A stretch of 32,000 nt of DNA from Caldivirga maquilingensis IC-167 (lineage in GTDB: Archaea > Thermoproteota > Thermoprotei > Thermoproteales > Thermocladiaceae): assembly GCF_000018305.1 (NCBI RefSeq), contig NC_009954.1, forward strand, positions 720,001-752,000, read 5' to 3'. Within the stretch, counting starts at the first letter, position 1. Each line of letters opens with the position of its first letter. The translations under genes and the position numbers were made by a program. The notes beneath the pieces were generated by a model that saw only the letters and a program-made list of their open reading frames with translations, did not search any database and was not told the DNA's origin. Shown here in pieces: positions 1 through 8,865 of this stretch.

Positions 1-335
1 TTATTTCAGTGCTCGGTGAGGATTACGTAAACTACGCAGAGGCAAGGGGACTACCAAGCAACTGGATACAGAGAAGATACGTTGGAAGAAACGCACTACT
101 ACCACTATACACAGGAATAATAATAGCACTAGGAACATCATTCGGAGGAGCAGTATTCGTTGAGTCTGTTTTCTCATACCCAGGTGTTGGTGCATTATTC
201 TCATCATCACTCAGTAATGGTGACTGGGCCCTTGGAATGGGTATTCTACTTATACTAATATTAGCTGTGATATTAGGTATGGTTATTGCTGACTTAACGT
301 ACTCACTAATAGACCCAAGGGTGAGGCAAGGATGA
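1..335 (+). CDS. ABC transporter permease, DppB/OppB family (C-terminal part; 5' end lies outside the window)
   Basis: The reading frame is open to the window edge; the track start at 9 is an internal GTG. It has the EAA-loop-like segment EDYVNYAEARGLP...GRNALLP and the terminal LIDPRVR tail typical of Dpp/Opp permeases. It is a clear paralogue of 10032-11039 and overlaps the next permease by 4 nt. Confidence 0.85.
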   Translation, partial: ISVLGEDYVNYAEARGLPSNWIQRRYVGRNALLPLYTGIIIALGTSFGGAVFVESVFSYPGVGALFSSSLSNGDWALGMGILLILILAVILGMVIADLTYSLIDPRVRQG

Positions 336-1228
336 TGGAAGCTAGTTACAGTAGGGTTGAGGGGGTCATTAAGAGTATTTACAATATTTTGAGGCTCATT
401 TGGGTTAATAAGTCAGCTAGGTTCGGTTTACTTACGCTCACGTTCTATATACTAATGGCTATAATTGGTCCATTAATATTACCCTATAAGCCTATAATAG
501 CTAGTTCAACCAATGTTTTCCAGCCACCTAGGCTTTGGCCACCCATATACTGGTTCGGTACAGATAATGTTGGTGTACCCCTCCTGGTGGATATTGTTAA
601 TGGAGCACCCTTCGTCCTTGAAGTTAGCTTATTCACTGCCCTCTACACTACCGTAATAGGCCTATTGGTTGGTATTGTAGCTGGGTTTAAGGGAGGTTAC
701 GTGGATGCTGCCTTATCCTTTGTTAGTCAAGTACTCATGACTATTCCTAGTCTACTCTTAGTCATGATAATGGCAACAATGATACACACTAATAACCCGC
801 TCATACTATCTGGGGTATTGAGTATAACAGGTTGGACTGGCTTAGCTCTCGCGGTTAGGTCACAGATACTTTCAATGAGGGAATTACCTTACATTGAGGT
901 TTCAAGGGTATTAGGACTATCTAGTGGATACATACTGTTTAGGGAAATAACACCAAAAATAATGCCATATGTTTGGATAAACTTCATACTAAATATGGAG
1001 GGAGCAGTGTATGCCTCAGTTGGCTTATACTTTCTAGGCCTATTACCATTCCAAAACTACAACTGGGGTGCATTAATAAGCCAGGCATTAGCCTATGGGG
1101 CGTATTATGGTGGAAGAGCATTACCAATATTAATAGTGCCCGTGGTCTTTGTGACACTATACATGGTGGCACTCATAGAGTTGGCTTATGGGATAGATGA
1201 GATAATAAACCCAAGGTTAAGGAGATGA
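332..1228 (+). CDS. ABC transporter permease, DppC/OppC family
   Basis: 298 aa and polytopic. It has a conserved N-terminal TM followed by a WFGTD.VG..LL block and ends in INPRLR. It is paralogous to 11036-12001 (compare YILGTDYLGIPLL) and is translationally coupled (ATGA overlap) to the upstream permease. Confidence 0.85.
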   Translation: MMEASYSRVEGVIKSIYNILRLIWVNKSARFGLLTLTFYILMAIIGPLILPYKPIIASSTNVFQPPRLWPPIYWFGTDNVGVPLLVDIVNGAPFVLEVSLFTALYTTVIGLLVGIVAGFKGGYVDAALSFVSQVLMTIPSLLLVMIMATMIHTNNPLILSGVLSITGWTGLALAVRSQILSMRELPYIEVSRVLGLSSGYILFREITPKIMPYVWINFILNMEGAVYASVGLYFLGLLPFQNYNWGALISQALAYGAYYGGRALPILIVPVVFVTLYMVALIELAYGIDEIINPRLRR

Positions 1229-1283
1229 ATTATATATTATAATTATTAATATTTATGTTAACGTTAATCAATTTAGAGTAAAG

Positions 1284-1291
1284 CTTATAAA
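1284..1291 (+). promoter_or_regulatory. TATA-like box (cttataaa) for the binding-protein gene
   Basis: An A/T box is centred about 26 nt upstream of the ATG at 1314. The same spacing recurs at several other genes in this window, consistent with leaderless crenarchaeal transcripts. Confidence 0.4.
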
Positions 1292-1313
1292 GTAGTATAC
1301 TATTTGGTAATAC

Positions 1314-3362
1314 ATGGCTATAAAATACACCTGGTTCAAGTGGATCCTAGTAGTCGCTACAGTTCTAGTAGTGAGTTTAGTGGTGGGTCAGGTTAATTTT
1401 GGGCGTACCGCAGTAAACCCAATACTTAATGCCCAACAGTATAATATTACACCCTACAATACAATATATGTATTCACCATAAGTAGCCCACCCTTAACCA
1501 GTATGTCGCTTTATAACCCGAACATATTCCATGGTGGTATTGCATGGTATGGTGTTGTTCAATCACATGTAGCGGCGATAAATTACACCACTGGTGAAGA
1601 GATTCCAATACTGGCTAAGAACTGGACCCTTCAAGTGCTTCCAAATGGTACACTGGCTATTTACGTAACCTTAAGGCAAAGTGGGATGAGTAATGGGCAA
1701 CCAGTCACGTGTTGGGATCTATTGGCTAATAATATTGCTAATGGTTTAATACACAACATGTGGGGTAACGTCAGCATTGTGAATAACTACACATGCATAT
1801 TCAAGATGCCTCAAGGCTACTATGCACCACCCACTAGCCCAGCTGCTGAGGCTTATGACGTATTCTGGGCGCTTAACTGGGGTGGGGTGGCATTGGTCTG
1901 GACATTTAATGCATGGTACCCATTAATGGAGGCAACATTGGCTAACTATAGTTGGCTCTGGCTCTTCAACTTTGGTAACGCCACCCAGCAGGCTCAGGCT
2001 AGAAAAGTATTAACGCCATTAATTAATGAGTTATTCACTGCAAAATTACCACCTAACACACCTACAACAGGCCCATTCTATGTTTGCGATATTACACCTG
2101 AGTACATTCTCCTTTGTAAGAATCCGTATTGGTATGATGCTAAGGATATTAAGGTTGATTACATTGTTGAATGGCAGTACTCATCAATGACCCAGGTTTA
2201 CGCAGCATTGGCTTCCGGTAAGATCAGTATCTGGCGGACCGGGGGCTCGTCAATTTCATCCACGTTGCTTAGTCAAATACTTAGGAATCCATACATAGAG
2301 ATGAATATTTACCCAGGCTTCGGTGGTGATGCCTTGTATTTCAATTTCCTTAATCCTTGGTTGGCTATGCCTCAGGTTAGGCAGGCTATTTACTATGCTG
2401 TTAATTGGACTCAATTAGCCCAAGCAGCATACGGGCCTCAATTCATATTACCTTCACCAACTCCTCAAGTAGGTATAATGAATGATATGTATCCAAGCTT
2501 AGTGCAGCAGGTTATAGGCTATTGGGCTAGTCAAGGATCACCATTAATAAACTACACTTATAATCCATCCATGGCTACTCAATTGCTTGAGAGTGCTGGT
2601 TTCACTGAGAAGAATGGTGTATGGTATACACCCAACGGCTCAGAATTCACGTTAACACTATACATTAGTTCAGGAGCATCACCGCCGCAGTTGGCTTTAG
2701 CTAATAGTATTGCCAATGCGTTAACAAGCTTCGGAATACCAACAACAGTAACTGTTTACCCAAGCTCAGAGTTCAGTACCATAGTTCAACAAGGTAAGTA
2801 TGATTTAATATTCTTGTATTATGATGGTGCACCTGAACCTGGTTTTCCATCATTCTTCCCAGAGGGTCCAATACCAGCAGCCTACTTCCAAGGTTACCCA
2901 TTCAATGCAACGCATTGGAATATGGTTGTTACCCTACCTAATGGTACTCAAGTTACCCCACTTCAAGCATGTACTGATTACTTGCTGAGTCCAGCTAGGA
3001 TATTCTCATGTTACGCAATATCAATGTGGGCTTGGAACCACTATACACCATTCATACAGATTGATAGGAATACTTGGATATTCTTCCTAAACACCCAGTA
3101 TATTAACTGGCCGCTTAACGACACGTCAATATGGGAGAACCTACTAACCATAGAAACAGAGGCTTGGACTGCATTACTCATGCACGTATCATTCAAGTCA
3201 CCTTCAGTCGCAACTACAACTACCTCCCCAGTAACCACAACTACCCCGAGCACTGTAACTAAGGTTGTTACACCGTCATATATTATATATGCTGTAGTGG
3301 CTGTAGTTGTAGTGGTTATTGTTGCGGCTGTTGTTGCGATAATACTGGTGAGGAGAAGGTGA
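1314..3362 (+). CDS. ABC transporter extracellular solute-binding protein (family 5, Dpp/Opp-type; peptide or sugar), membrane-anchored
   Basis: It has an N-terminal TM/signal (WFKWILVVATVLVVSLVV) and a roughly 600-aa extracytoplasmic body with a family-5-like segment (YVTLRQSGMSNGQPVTCWDLLANNI). There are at least 12 N-X-S/T sequons. The C-terminus has a Thr-rich linker (ATTTTSPVTTTTPSTVT), then a TM, then RRR. The gene lies directly after two Dpp/Opp permeases. Confidence 0.75.
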   Translation: MAIKYTWFKWILVVATVLVVSLVVGQVNFGRTAVNPILNAQQYNITPYNTIYVFTISSPPLTSMSLYNPNIFHGGIAWYGVVQSHVAAINYTTGEEIPILAKNWTLQVLPNGTLAIYVTLRQSGMSNGQPVTCWDLLANNIANGLIHNMWGNVSIVNNYTCIFKMPQGYYAPPTSPAAEAYDVFWALNWGGVALVWTFNAWYPLMEATLANYSWLWLFNFGNATQQAQARKVLTPLINELFTAKLPPNTPTTGPFYVCDITPEYILLCKNPYWYDAKDIKVDYIVEWQYSSMTQVYAALASGKISIWRTGGSSISSTLLSQILRNPYIEMNIYPGFGGDALYFNFLNPWLAMPQVRQAIYYAVNWTQLAQAAYGPQFILPSPTPQVGIMNDMYPSLVQQVIGYWASQGSPLINYTYNPSMATQLLESAGFTEKNGVWYTPNGSEFTLTLYISSGASPPQLALANSIANALTSFGIPTTVTVYPSSEFSTIVQQGKYDLIFLYYDGAPEPGFPSFFPEGPIPAAYFQGYPFNATHWNMVVTLPNGTQVTPLQACTDYLLSPARIFSCYAISMWAWNHYTPFIQIDRNTWIFFLNTQYINWPLNDTSIWENLLTIETEAWTALLMHVSFKSPSVATTTTSPVTTTTPSTVTKVVTPSYIIYAVVAVVVVVIVAAVVAIILVRRR

Positions 3363-3391
3363 AGTTAACTTTCTTTAATTAAAATTAAATC

Positions 3392-3408
3392 TATTTTTCA
3401 AATTTTCA
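3392..3408 (+). terminator. Oligo-T tracts after the binding-protein gene (ctatttttcaaattttc)
   Basis: A T5 run at 3394-3398 and a T4 run at 3403-3406 lie 30-45 nt after the stop at 3362. Archaeal termination typically uses oligo-T. Confidence 0.4.
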
Positions 3409-3524
3409 AAATTAATCTAATGGGCTTAATGAACCTAAGGTACTTCCTTTAATATTAAACTTAACTCTAATTCACGTATTTTTGAGTAAAATATTTAAAA
3501 TTAACCTTGCATAATAAGGACTTA

Positions 3525-4136
3525 GTGCTGGAGGTCTCGTTCATAGGTAGAAGAAGCGTGTTTAATGAGTTGAGTAGTATTGTAACGGGCCCCATTAGTG
3601 TTAAGTATGCTGACTCCAGGGTAATTAGGGCTGTGGGTAATGAGGTATGTATCCTGGATTACTACGTTGATGTTGATTGTTCAGGTAATTGCGTGAGGGT
3701 GGGTAGGTATGTTGAGCCAGTGGAGCTTATGGGTATTTTAACCAGTATTATAGTTAATATGCTTAATCATGAACTTATTAAAATGGGTATTGACTACGGT
3801 ACGGAGAGGACAGGTGTAGTCTTGATTTACGACAACACACCCTTAATCGGCAGTATATTAACCCCCGTTAAGTTAATTAAATTAATTAAATTGATTAATG
3901 GTAGATTCAGTGAAGTAGCTATAGGTGATTCACCTTCAGCGCGTAGATTCCTTGGGAGAAGTATCAATGACTTATGCTCAATAACGGATAACATACTGAT
4001 TATTAATGAGCTTGAATCCTCCAGGTTAAGGAACTGGATATCCACGAATGGTCTAATGGGTGATGTAGCTGACGCCTATGCAATAGCGTTAACTAAACCT
4101 AAGATAACCATTAAGTGCCCTAACCTTAAAGACTAA
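3525..4136 (+). CDS. Hypothetical protein; C-terminal half resembles a YqgF/RuvC-like RNase H-fold nuclease
   Basis: The track ORF starts at TTG 3507, but the in-frame GTG at 3525 sits about 26 nt after the TATA-like aaatatttaaaatt. The C-terminal half has MGIDYGTERTGVV (compare G.D.G..R.G of YqgF and GIDPG of RuvC), FSEVAIGDSP, INELESS and DVADAYAIAL (compare D.ADA.AIA of RuvC). The function is only a motif-level guess. Confidence 0.5.
   Translation: MLEVSFIGRRSVFNELSSIVTGPISVKYADSRVIRAVGNEVCILDYYVDVDCSGNCVRVGRYVEPVELMGILTSIIVNMLNHELIKMGIDYGTERTGVVLIYDNTPLIGSILTPVKLIKLIKLINGRFSEVAIGDSPSARRFLGRSINDLCSITDNILIINELESSRLRNWISTNGLMGDVADAYAIALTKPKITIKCPNLKD
3873..3899 (+). repeat. Three tandem 9-bp units (ttaattaaa ttaattaaa ttgattaat) inside the CDS
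   Basis: Read directly from the sequence. The repeat encodes LIK-LIK-LIN. Confidence 0.8.
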
Positions 4137-4291
4137 GTTTCCTGGTGTTATATGGTAAACGTGGAGATTACTGGTTTTCTTAAGGTGATTCAAGGATTAA
4201 CAATATGCGCTTAAAGTCGTCTTTCAGTGGGAAGATGCTTAAGGGGTTTAAATAGCGGTGTTTAATTAAGGGTGTCTAGGTTTTATAGATG

Positions 4292-5671
4292 TTAGGGGGT
4301 TTCCCTTTCAACGCTCCTTATTGATTCAATAATTATGTCAACAGCCTTTTCAGCTAATTCAATGGGTATGTTAAGGGGTGGTGCAATCCTTATTGTTGAT
4401 TTACCCGAACCTATTACAGCCACCCCCCTCTTAAACGATCTCATTAACACCTCCCCCAGCTCCTTAACGGCAGGTTCCTTGCTTACCTTATTCTTAACCA
4501 ACTCAACACCAATCATTAATCCAAGCCCCCTAACGTCACCAATTAACCTGCTTGAATCAGTCTCCTCTTTAAACCTCCTCATAATGTAATCCCCAACCCT
4601 TGAGGCGTTTGTAAGTAAGTCCTCATCCTTAATAACGTTAATCACCTCAATACCTGCAGCCAAGGCCACTGGATTACCACCGAAGGTATTGGCGTGGGAA
4701 CCCTTAGGCAGTTTCATTAAGTTAGCCTTACCCACAATGGCTCCTAATGGTAGGCCAGCCGCTATGGCCTTAGCCATGGCTATTAAGTCAGGTTCAATGC
4801 CGAAGTGCTCCACTGCAAACCACTTACCGGTTCTACCGAAGCCTGATTGAACCTCATCAACAACCAGCATTATACCGTGCTCCTCAGTAATCTTCCTTAA
4901 CCCTCTCATGAAGTTAACCGGTGGTACAACGTAACCCCCCTCACCTTGAATGGGTTCAATGAAGACTGCAGCCACCTCACTTGGATCAACTAACCTACCG
5001 AATACCCAATCCTCAATGAACGATAAAGCTTGCTCGCCACACTCCTCCTCACTCAGCCTCTTACCGAAGGGGCACCTGTATGGATACGGGTATGGTGCGT
5101 GAATGACATTAGGCATCATTGGGTTAAACCCAAATCGCTGAATAGGTTTACTGGCTGTTAAGGACATTGAACCATAAGTCCTACCGTGGAATGCACCTAG
5201 GAAGGCCATAACGTAAGGCCTCTGATTCCTGAAATACCCCCTAGCTATCTTAAGGGAACCCTCTATCGCCTCAGTACCTGAATTGGCGTAGAAGACGCTC
5301 TTCCCGCCACTTATTGGGGTTACTTCAATTAACATTGAGGCGTGTTTAACGGCTAATTCATAGTAGAAGTCAGTTAAACTGTAGTGGGTGAATTCACCTG
5401 CCTGATTCCTTATAGCCTTAACAATCCTTGGGTGGGAGTGCCCAACATTCATGACTGCTATACCTGAGTTAAAGTCCACGTATAGGTTACCGTCAACATC
5501 CTCTATCACTGGGCCGAATCCCCTCTTAATCACTAGGGGGTACCATCGCCCAAAGGACTGCATTATCAGTGACTCATCGCTCTTAACAATACTTAAGGCC
5601 CTGGGTCCAGGGGGCTCCACTATTATTCTTGGGACGTCACTTGGCTTAACATCCCAGTACCAGTTAGGCAT
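4292..5671 (-). CDS. Class III PLP-dependent aminotransferase (4-aminobutyrate/ornithine/acetylornithine aminotransferase family)
   Basis: 459 aa with class III blocks: GPVIEDVDGN.Y.DF.SGIAV.NVGH.HP, NSGTEA.E...K.AR, DEVQSGFGRTGKWFA, a probable PLP-lysine context MAKAIAAGLPLGA, and TFGGNPVA. Confidence 0.9.
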   Translation of the reverse strand: MPNWYWDVKPSDVPRIIVEPPGPRALSIVKSDESLIMQSFGRWYPLVIKRGFGPVIEDVDGNLYVDFNSGIAVMNVGHSHPRIVKAIRNQAGEFTHYSLTDFYYELAVKHASMLIEVTPISGGKSVFYANSGTEAIEGSLKIARGYFRNQRPYVMAFLGAFHGRTYGSMSLTASKPIQRFGFNPMMPNVIHAPYPYPYRCPFGKRLSEEECGEQALSFIEDWVFGRLVDPSEVAAVFIEPIQGEGGYVVPPVNFMRGLRKITEEHGIMLVVDEVQSGFGRTGKWFAVEHFGIEPDLIAMAKAIAAGLPLGAIVGKANLMKLPKGSHANTFGGNPVALAAGIEVINVIKDEDLLTNASRVGDYIMRRFKEETDSSRLIGDVRGLGLMIGVELVKNKVSKEPAVKELGEVLMRSFKRGVAVIGSGKSTIRIAPPLNIPIELAEKAVDIIIESIRSVERETP

Positions 5672-5734
5672 ACTTAGTTACCTCAGTGGTGTTTAATAAA
5701 GTATCCTATAATAGGGTATATAACCTATGTAGCA

Positions 5735-6793
5735 TTATTTAAGAACCTTACCGGTTAACAGACTGACAACCGGGGATTTACCGAAGTCCTCCCCTAAGTC
5801 AATACTAGTCCCTTTAGCTGGAATAAGCCTAACACCCAGTGAACGACCCTTAACCCTAACCACCTCGGTTAAGTCAAGGAGTAGGTTCTTAATTAACCCA
5901 AGTTCATTAATTGGTACTGGAACCATGTCAATACCCGCCACGCAAACCTGCGTATATGATATTAGTTTAAATAAGTCAACTAAACCATTATTAAACCTCT
6001 CCTTCAACTCATCATCCTCCCCCAACGGTAACATAACCTCATTGAATCCTGTCTTACTGAAGGGTAATTCCGTTATCAACCTATTAATGAGGCCAATGGT
6101 CGCCATGGTCCCTAATTCACCAAACCTTAACCCACCCACCTTCTCAATCACCTTAACCACAGAGTCCTGACCCCAGGGTGATAGTGAAGCATCAATACCC
6201 CTGTACTCCACGCCGGCTAATTCACTCAACTCCTCACCTATTTCATTAGCCTTACCCACAATGTCCCTTAACCTCCTCTGCAAATCACCACCCTCCAGTA
6301 GGTCTGAGGCGTATAGTATTGCTATTGATAACCCAGTACCACCCTTAACGTTAACAGATGCCGGGTAGTATGGGGTTTCAATTAAGTCACCTAGGAGTAT
6401 AGCCACCTTCCTAGCTGCTAATGGTTCCTCGGAGGCGATTAACTTAAGTAGGTTAACGTAGAAGTCGACTACTTCATCATCATACTCAGGCATCCAAACC
6501 ATGGAGTAGGTATCATACTCATTAATCAACTTAACCACGGTGGAGGAATCTAGAGGAGTCATTAGGCTTAAACCTGAGTAAACGTAACCCCTCCTGGCGG
6601 CTGTGGATTTAAGTACCCTAAGCTGCTCCTTGGCCGCATTAGCATCATTTACGAATGGTAACGTAACCCTCTTAGTAACAATGCTTACACCATACTTAGA
6701 TGAGACTACGCTAATGCCCGCATTAACCCTATCCAGTAGGTTAGGTAATGAGGCTAAGTCATCTGTGAATAAGGTCACTGCCCTAATCTTCAT
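5735..6793 (-). CDS. DUF711 / UPF0210 family protein
   Basis: It aligns by eye along its length with UPF0210 proteins as I recall them: N-terminal KIRAVTLF and IVTKRVTLP, then GIDASLSPW, GTMATIGLIN, VMLPLGEDDEL, VCVAGIDMVPVP and VRLIPAKG. Confidence 0.75.
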   Translation of the reverse strand: MKIRAVTLFTDDLASLPNLLDRVNAGISVVSSKYGVSIVTKRVTLPFVNDANAAKEQLRVLKSTAARRGYVYSGLSLMTPLDSSTVVKLINEYDTYSMVWMPEYDDEVVDFYVNLLKLIASEEPLAARKVAILLGDLIETPYYPASVNVKGGTGLSIAILYASDLLEGGDLQRRLRDIVGKANEIGEELSELAGVEYRGIDASLSPWGQDSVVKVIEKVGGLRFGELGTMATIGLINRLITELPFSKTGFNEVMLPLGEDDELKERFNNGLVDLFKLISYTQVCVAGIDMVPVPINELGLIKNLLLDLTEVVRVKGRSLGVRLIPAKGTSIDLGEDFGKSPVVSLLTGKVLK

Positions 6794-6835
6794 GAAGTTT
6801 AATTACAGTTAGGAGTTATTAAACATAACCCACAT

Positions 6836-7690
6836 TCAGCATTCAAGCCTAATACCGCTAAGTATATGCGCCTTAATCCTGTACGTTAATACGTAATCCT
6901 CATCAGCCAGTAGTTGAGTTAAATTCACTGAATTGGGTTTAAGATTCCTCATGAATGAGTATGCGCTAGGGTTACTCAATGTTTTAACAGGCTCAGCATC
7001 CATTAAGGAGAAGTTCTTAACACAGAAGTGTGGTATGGGTATTGCTGATAATTTAGTTGACCAATGTATCGATAAGGGTACCCTAAAGGCCTTAACCTTA
7101 CTCAGTGTGTTAACGCCCAGGGTTACGTTACTCATTAACCCACTGAACCTACTGAACCTCTTCATAGCCCTCTCGGCGGCGTCAATTATGATTCTAAGTA
7201 ACTTAGAGGCATTCTTCAAATCAACACCATTCTTTTCATTAAGCCTAGCGAAGACCTTAAAGCCATTCATGCCGTCAAAGTACATTAACACGTTACCAAT
7301 ACCCACGGCCTCAAAACCCAGCCTAACGGCGTTGGAGGCTATGTGCATGATTAAGTAACCCTCAGGTGTATTAAACATTACCTGCTTAACCTTAATATCA
7401 GCAACTAGGACATCAACGTTACTTGAACCTATTGGCTTAACTGAAGCCATGAAGTCTAACCCACCTTGAGCAACAAAGGATTTTAAATCATTAATACTAT
7501 TTATCACTATTGGCTTACCCTCAATACTCCTAATCAACCTAACACCACTGGATTGCTGAACTATGACTTGGGTGGTCCTATTAACCATGAAGTCAAGCAT
7601 TAATTCACCCACTGAGTCATAGTACTTAATTGGGTCAACCGGAACCTTCTTCACTACCGGATTCAGTCTCCTAGCACTCTTCATACTCAC
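6836..7690 (-). CDS. Hypothetical protein with archaeo-eukaryotic primase (AEP / LigD-Pol)-like motif layout but substituted catalytic positions
   Basis: 284 aa with a GTG start at 7690 (ATG at 7684) and TATA-like tatatta at 7711-7717. The motif order is VDVLVADIKV (compare h-h-D-h-D), YFDGMNGFKVFARL (compare SG.kG.H), then KAFRVPLSIHWSTKLSAIPI (compare R.PgS.H.ktgl). It lies 42 nt upstream of DUF711 on the same strand. Confidence 0.55.
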   Translation of the reverse strand: MSMKSARRLNPVVKKVPVDPIKYYDSVGELMLDFMVNRTTQVIVQQSSGVRLIRSIEGKPIVINSINDLKSFVAQGGLDFMASVKPIGSSNVDVLVADIKVKQVMFNTPEGYLIMHIASNAVRLGFEAVGIGNVLMYFDGMNGFKVFARLNEKNGVDLKNASKLLRIIIDAAERAMKRFSRFSGLMSNVTLGVNTLSKVKAFRVPLSIHWSTKLSAIPIPHFCVKNFSLMDAEPVKTLSNPSAYSFMRNLKPNSVNLTQLLADEDYVLTYRIKAHILSGIRLEC

Positions 7691-7839
7691 TAACTGGTGT
7701 TGAACAATAGTATATTAACTTACTGTTGCTTAGGGTCATTTAACGATTATGGTAAGCTTAAATTGAGGCTAAGCAGTATTGGCGTGAGTTCTCATGGGTC
7801 ATTAAGTAAGTGTTTTAAGGGTAATTACTTGATTAATAC

Positions 7840-8193
7840 GTGGTCAACATATACATGGGTAGGGAGAGCTGCTATGCGGTTAAGGAGGGTGTTTACGTTA
7901 AGCCTGGGCCAATGGACCTAGGTAGGGCTGCGGCACACCTTTACCTGCACTTAAGGGACCTTAAGTTAGGTTACACTTACAATCATGATTGCGTTAAGAT
8001 TAGGATGAGCCGAAGTCTCTTTGAGGCTAGGTGCAAGTACCTTGTTAAACTCTGCAGGGAGCAGATTAATGATGAGTATGAGTGTAGTCAAGTAGAGCAA
8101 TTAGTCAACGCGGTGCTAAGTAACATGAAGCTACCCCAATGGGCTGAGGAATTGGTTAAACAATACCTAGTTAAGGTAACTAGGTTGATTTAG
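7840..8193 (+). CDS. Hypothetical small protein (about 112-117 aa)
   Basis: An ORF with GTG at 7840 or ATG at 7855, divergent from 6836-7690. TATA-like ttttaagg lies about 25 nt upstream. I see no recognisable motif. Confidence 0.4.
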   Translation: MVNIYMGRESCYAVKEGVYVKPGPMDLGRAAAHLYLHLRDLKLGYTYNHDCVKIRMSRSLFEARCKYLVKLCREQINDEYECSQVEQLVNAVLSNMKLPQWAEELVKQYLVKVTRLI

Positions 8194-8238
8194 GAGTTAG
8201 CAATATTAATAAGTCCCTAACGCCTCAAGGGGGGTTCA

Positions 8239-8865
8239 GTGAGCCTATGCCTACTTGAACATAGGGATATGGTGATTTCAGGCCTAGCAGTCTTCGCAGC
8301 ATCATTCATGCTCCTCTCACAATACTGGCTAACTAACTTAAGCCTACTGGGACCCATTTCCCTAGCATCTATCCTAATTGCCTTAACCGCATTTATGGCT
8401 CATGAGTTAATGCACAGGTACGTGGCTAGGAGGCTTGGCTACATTGCCTGCTTCAGACTTGTTAAATACGGTTTAGTGATGCTTCTTGTAACAGCATTAA
8501 TAGGGTTAGCCGCCAGGTCACCATTCATGATGGGTGCCCCAGGGGCCGTGGCTATTGGGCCTAACATACTGGGTAAGGAGAATAGTAAGTATAGGGCGCT
8601 CATAGCCTTAGCTGGGCCAGGGACTAATGTGATAATGGCTGCCTTATTCTACGCATTAACCCTACCCACCGTTAATAATGCTGCATTGCTACTGGTCCTG
8701 CGTTTAACATATATTCTCAACTCGATTCTAGCCCTATTCAACTCACTTCCAATACCACCCCTTGATGGCTACCAGGTGGTTAAGAATAGGGAGTACGGAT
8801 TATGGTTAACGCTCATGGTATCATCAATACTGGTCTCTATCCCTGCATTAGGGTACTTACTTTAA
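8239..8865 (+). CDS. Site-2-protease-type (peptidase M50) zinc metalloprotease, short archaeal form
   Basis: It has HExxH inside a TM segment (MAHELMHRYVA), the second M50 signature NSLPIPPLDG, and multiple TM helices. Confidence 0.8.
   Translation: MSLCLLEHRDMVISGLAVFAASFMLLSQYWLTNLSLLGPISLASILIALTAFMAHELMHRYVARRLGYIACFRLVKYGLVMLLVTALIGLAARSPFMMGAPGAVAIGPNILGKENSKYRALIALAGPGTNVIMAALFYALTLPTVNNAALLLVLRLTYILNSILALFNSLPIPPLDGYQVVKNREYGLWLTLMVSSILVSIPALGYLL

Noticed and set aside
3873-3899. Tandem 9-bp repeats considered as a mini CRISPR or other array
   Set aside because: There are only three contiguous units with no spacers, lying in frame inside a CDS. This is a simple tandem duplication, not a CRISPR array.
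4335-7358. Track ORFs 4335-4589, 5451-5696, 5925-6170, 6603-6812 and 6933-7358 on the plus strand
   Set aside because: All lie antisense inside the well-supported minus-strand genes (aminotransferase, DUF711, AEP-like). Their low-complexity Ser/Leu/Pro/Thr-rich translations are typical of shadow ORFs.
7697-7921. 74-aa plus-strand ORF in the divergent spacer, overlapping the start of 7840-8193
   Set aside because: It starts inside the promoter region of the minus-strand gene, overlaps the better-positioned 7840/7855 ORF in another frame, and has no motif.
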